Part shown: one piece after another, positions 63,793-64,000 of the stretch | Layout of the letters: every line of letters begins with the position of its first letter | Position numbering within the stretch: position 1 is the first letter of the stretch | DNA from: Octopus bimaculoides | Taxonomy: Eukaryota | Assembly (NCBI RefSeq): GCF_001194135.2 | Contig: NC_068995.1 | Coordinates: 53,371,478-53,435,477, forward strand | Direction: 5' to 3' | Length of the DNA: 64,000 bases | Made by a program: the position numbers and the translations under genes | The notes under the pieces: generated by a model | Databases searched by the model: none | What the model saw: only the letters and a program-made list of their open reading frames with translations | Told to the model about the DNA's origin: nothing

Positions 63793-63893
63793 TTTTCGTA
63801 AATGGAGACAATATGTCTGAAAAGTGCGTGATAGAACGGAGTCTTAAAAACGGAAACTTTGACATCAATGCTCTTAACATTGCAGAACCTGAG
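63793..63893 (+). CDS. Candidate exon (FVNGDNMSEKCVIERSLKNGNFDINALNIAEPE), assignment unknown
   Basis: cacttatttcag acceptor, gag/gttatg donor, one open frame; phase 1 does not join directly to the last LRRK exon. Confidence 0.25.
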
Positions 63894-63957
63894 GTTATGT
63901 CAATGACATCACCGTCGTAGAGAAGAAGCCTTATGGTCTCTGTTGCTTCAATAAACC

Positions 63958-64000
<43 letters not shown>

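Overview
AT-rich, microsatellite-dense animal genomic scaffold with nine N-gaps. The repeat content resembles octopus/cephalopod DNA; this is inferred from recalled SINE families and not verified. The main feature is a plus-strand multi-exon Roco kinase gene of the LRRK1/Lrrk type (ANK-LRR-ROC-COR-kinase-WD40). I assembled 28 visible GT-AG coding exons from 30266 to 60904 with consistent intron phases (6461 nt, about 2153 codons). The kinase Gly-loop/VAIK exon is missing and probably lies in the 139-N gap at 55306-55444. The WD40 C-terminus is not resolved. Two candidate minus-strand exons near 2.0 and 5.2 kb may belong to a second gene. The remainder is tRNA-derived SINEs, mariner/hAT/MULE/Helentron-type non-autonomous elements, and relics of RTE, CR1-like, R4/Dong and Ty3/Gypsy retroelements. 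The most striking observation is a tRNA-headed SINE-like family (4 copies) carrying a Penelope-type minimal hammerhead ribozyme. One copy has an inverted duplication of its own 3' tail at its 5' end, a Penelope-like integration signature.
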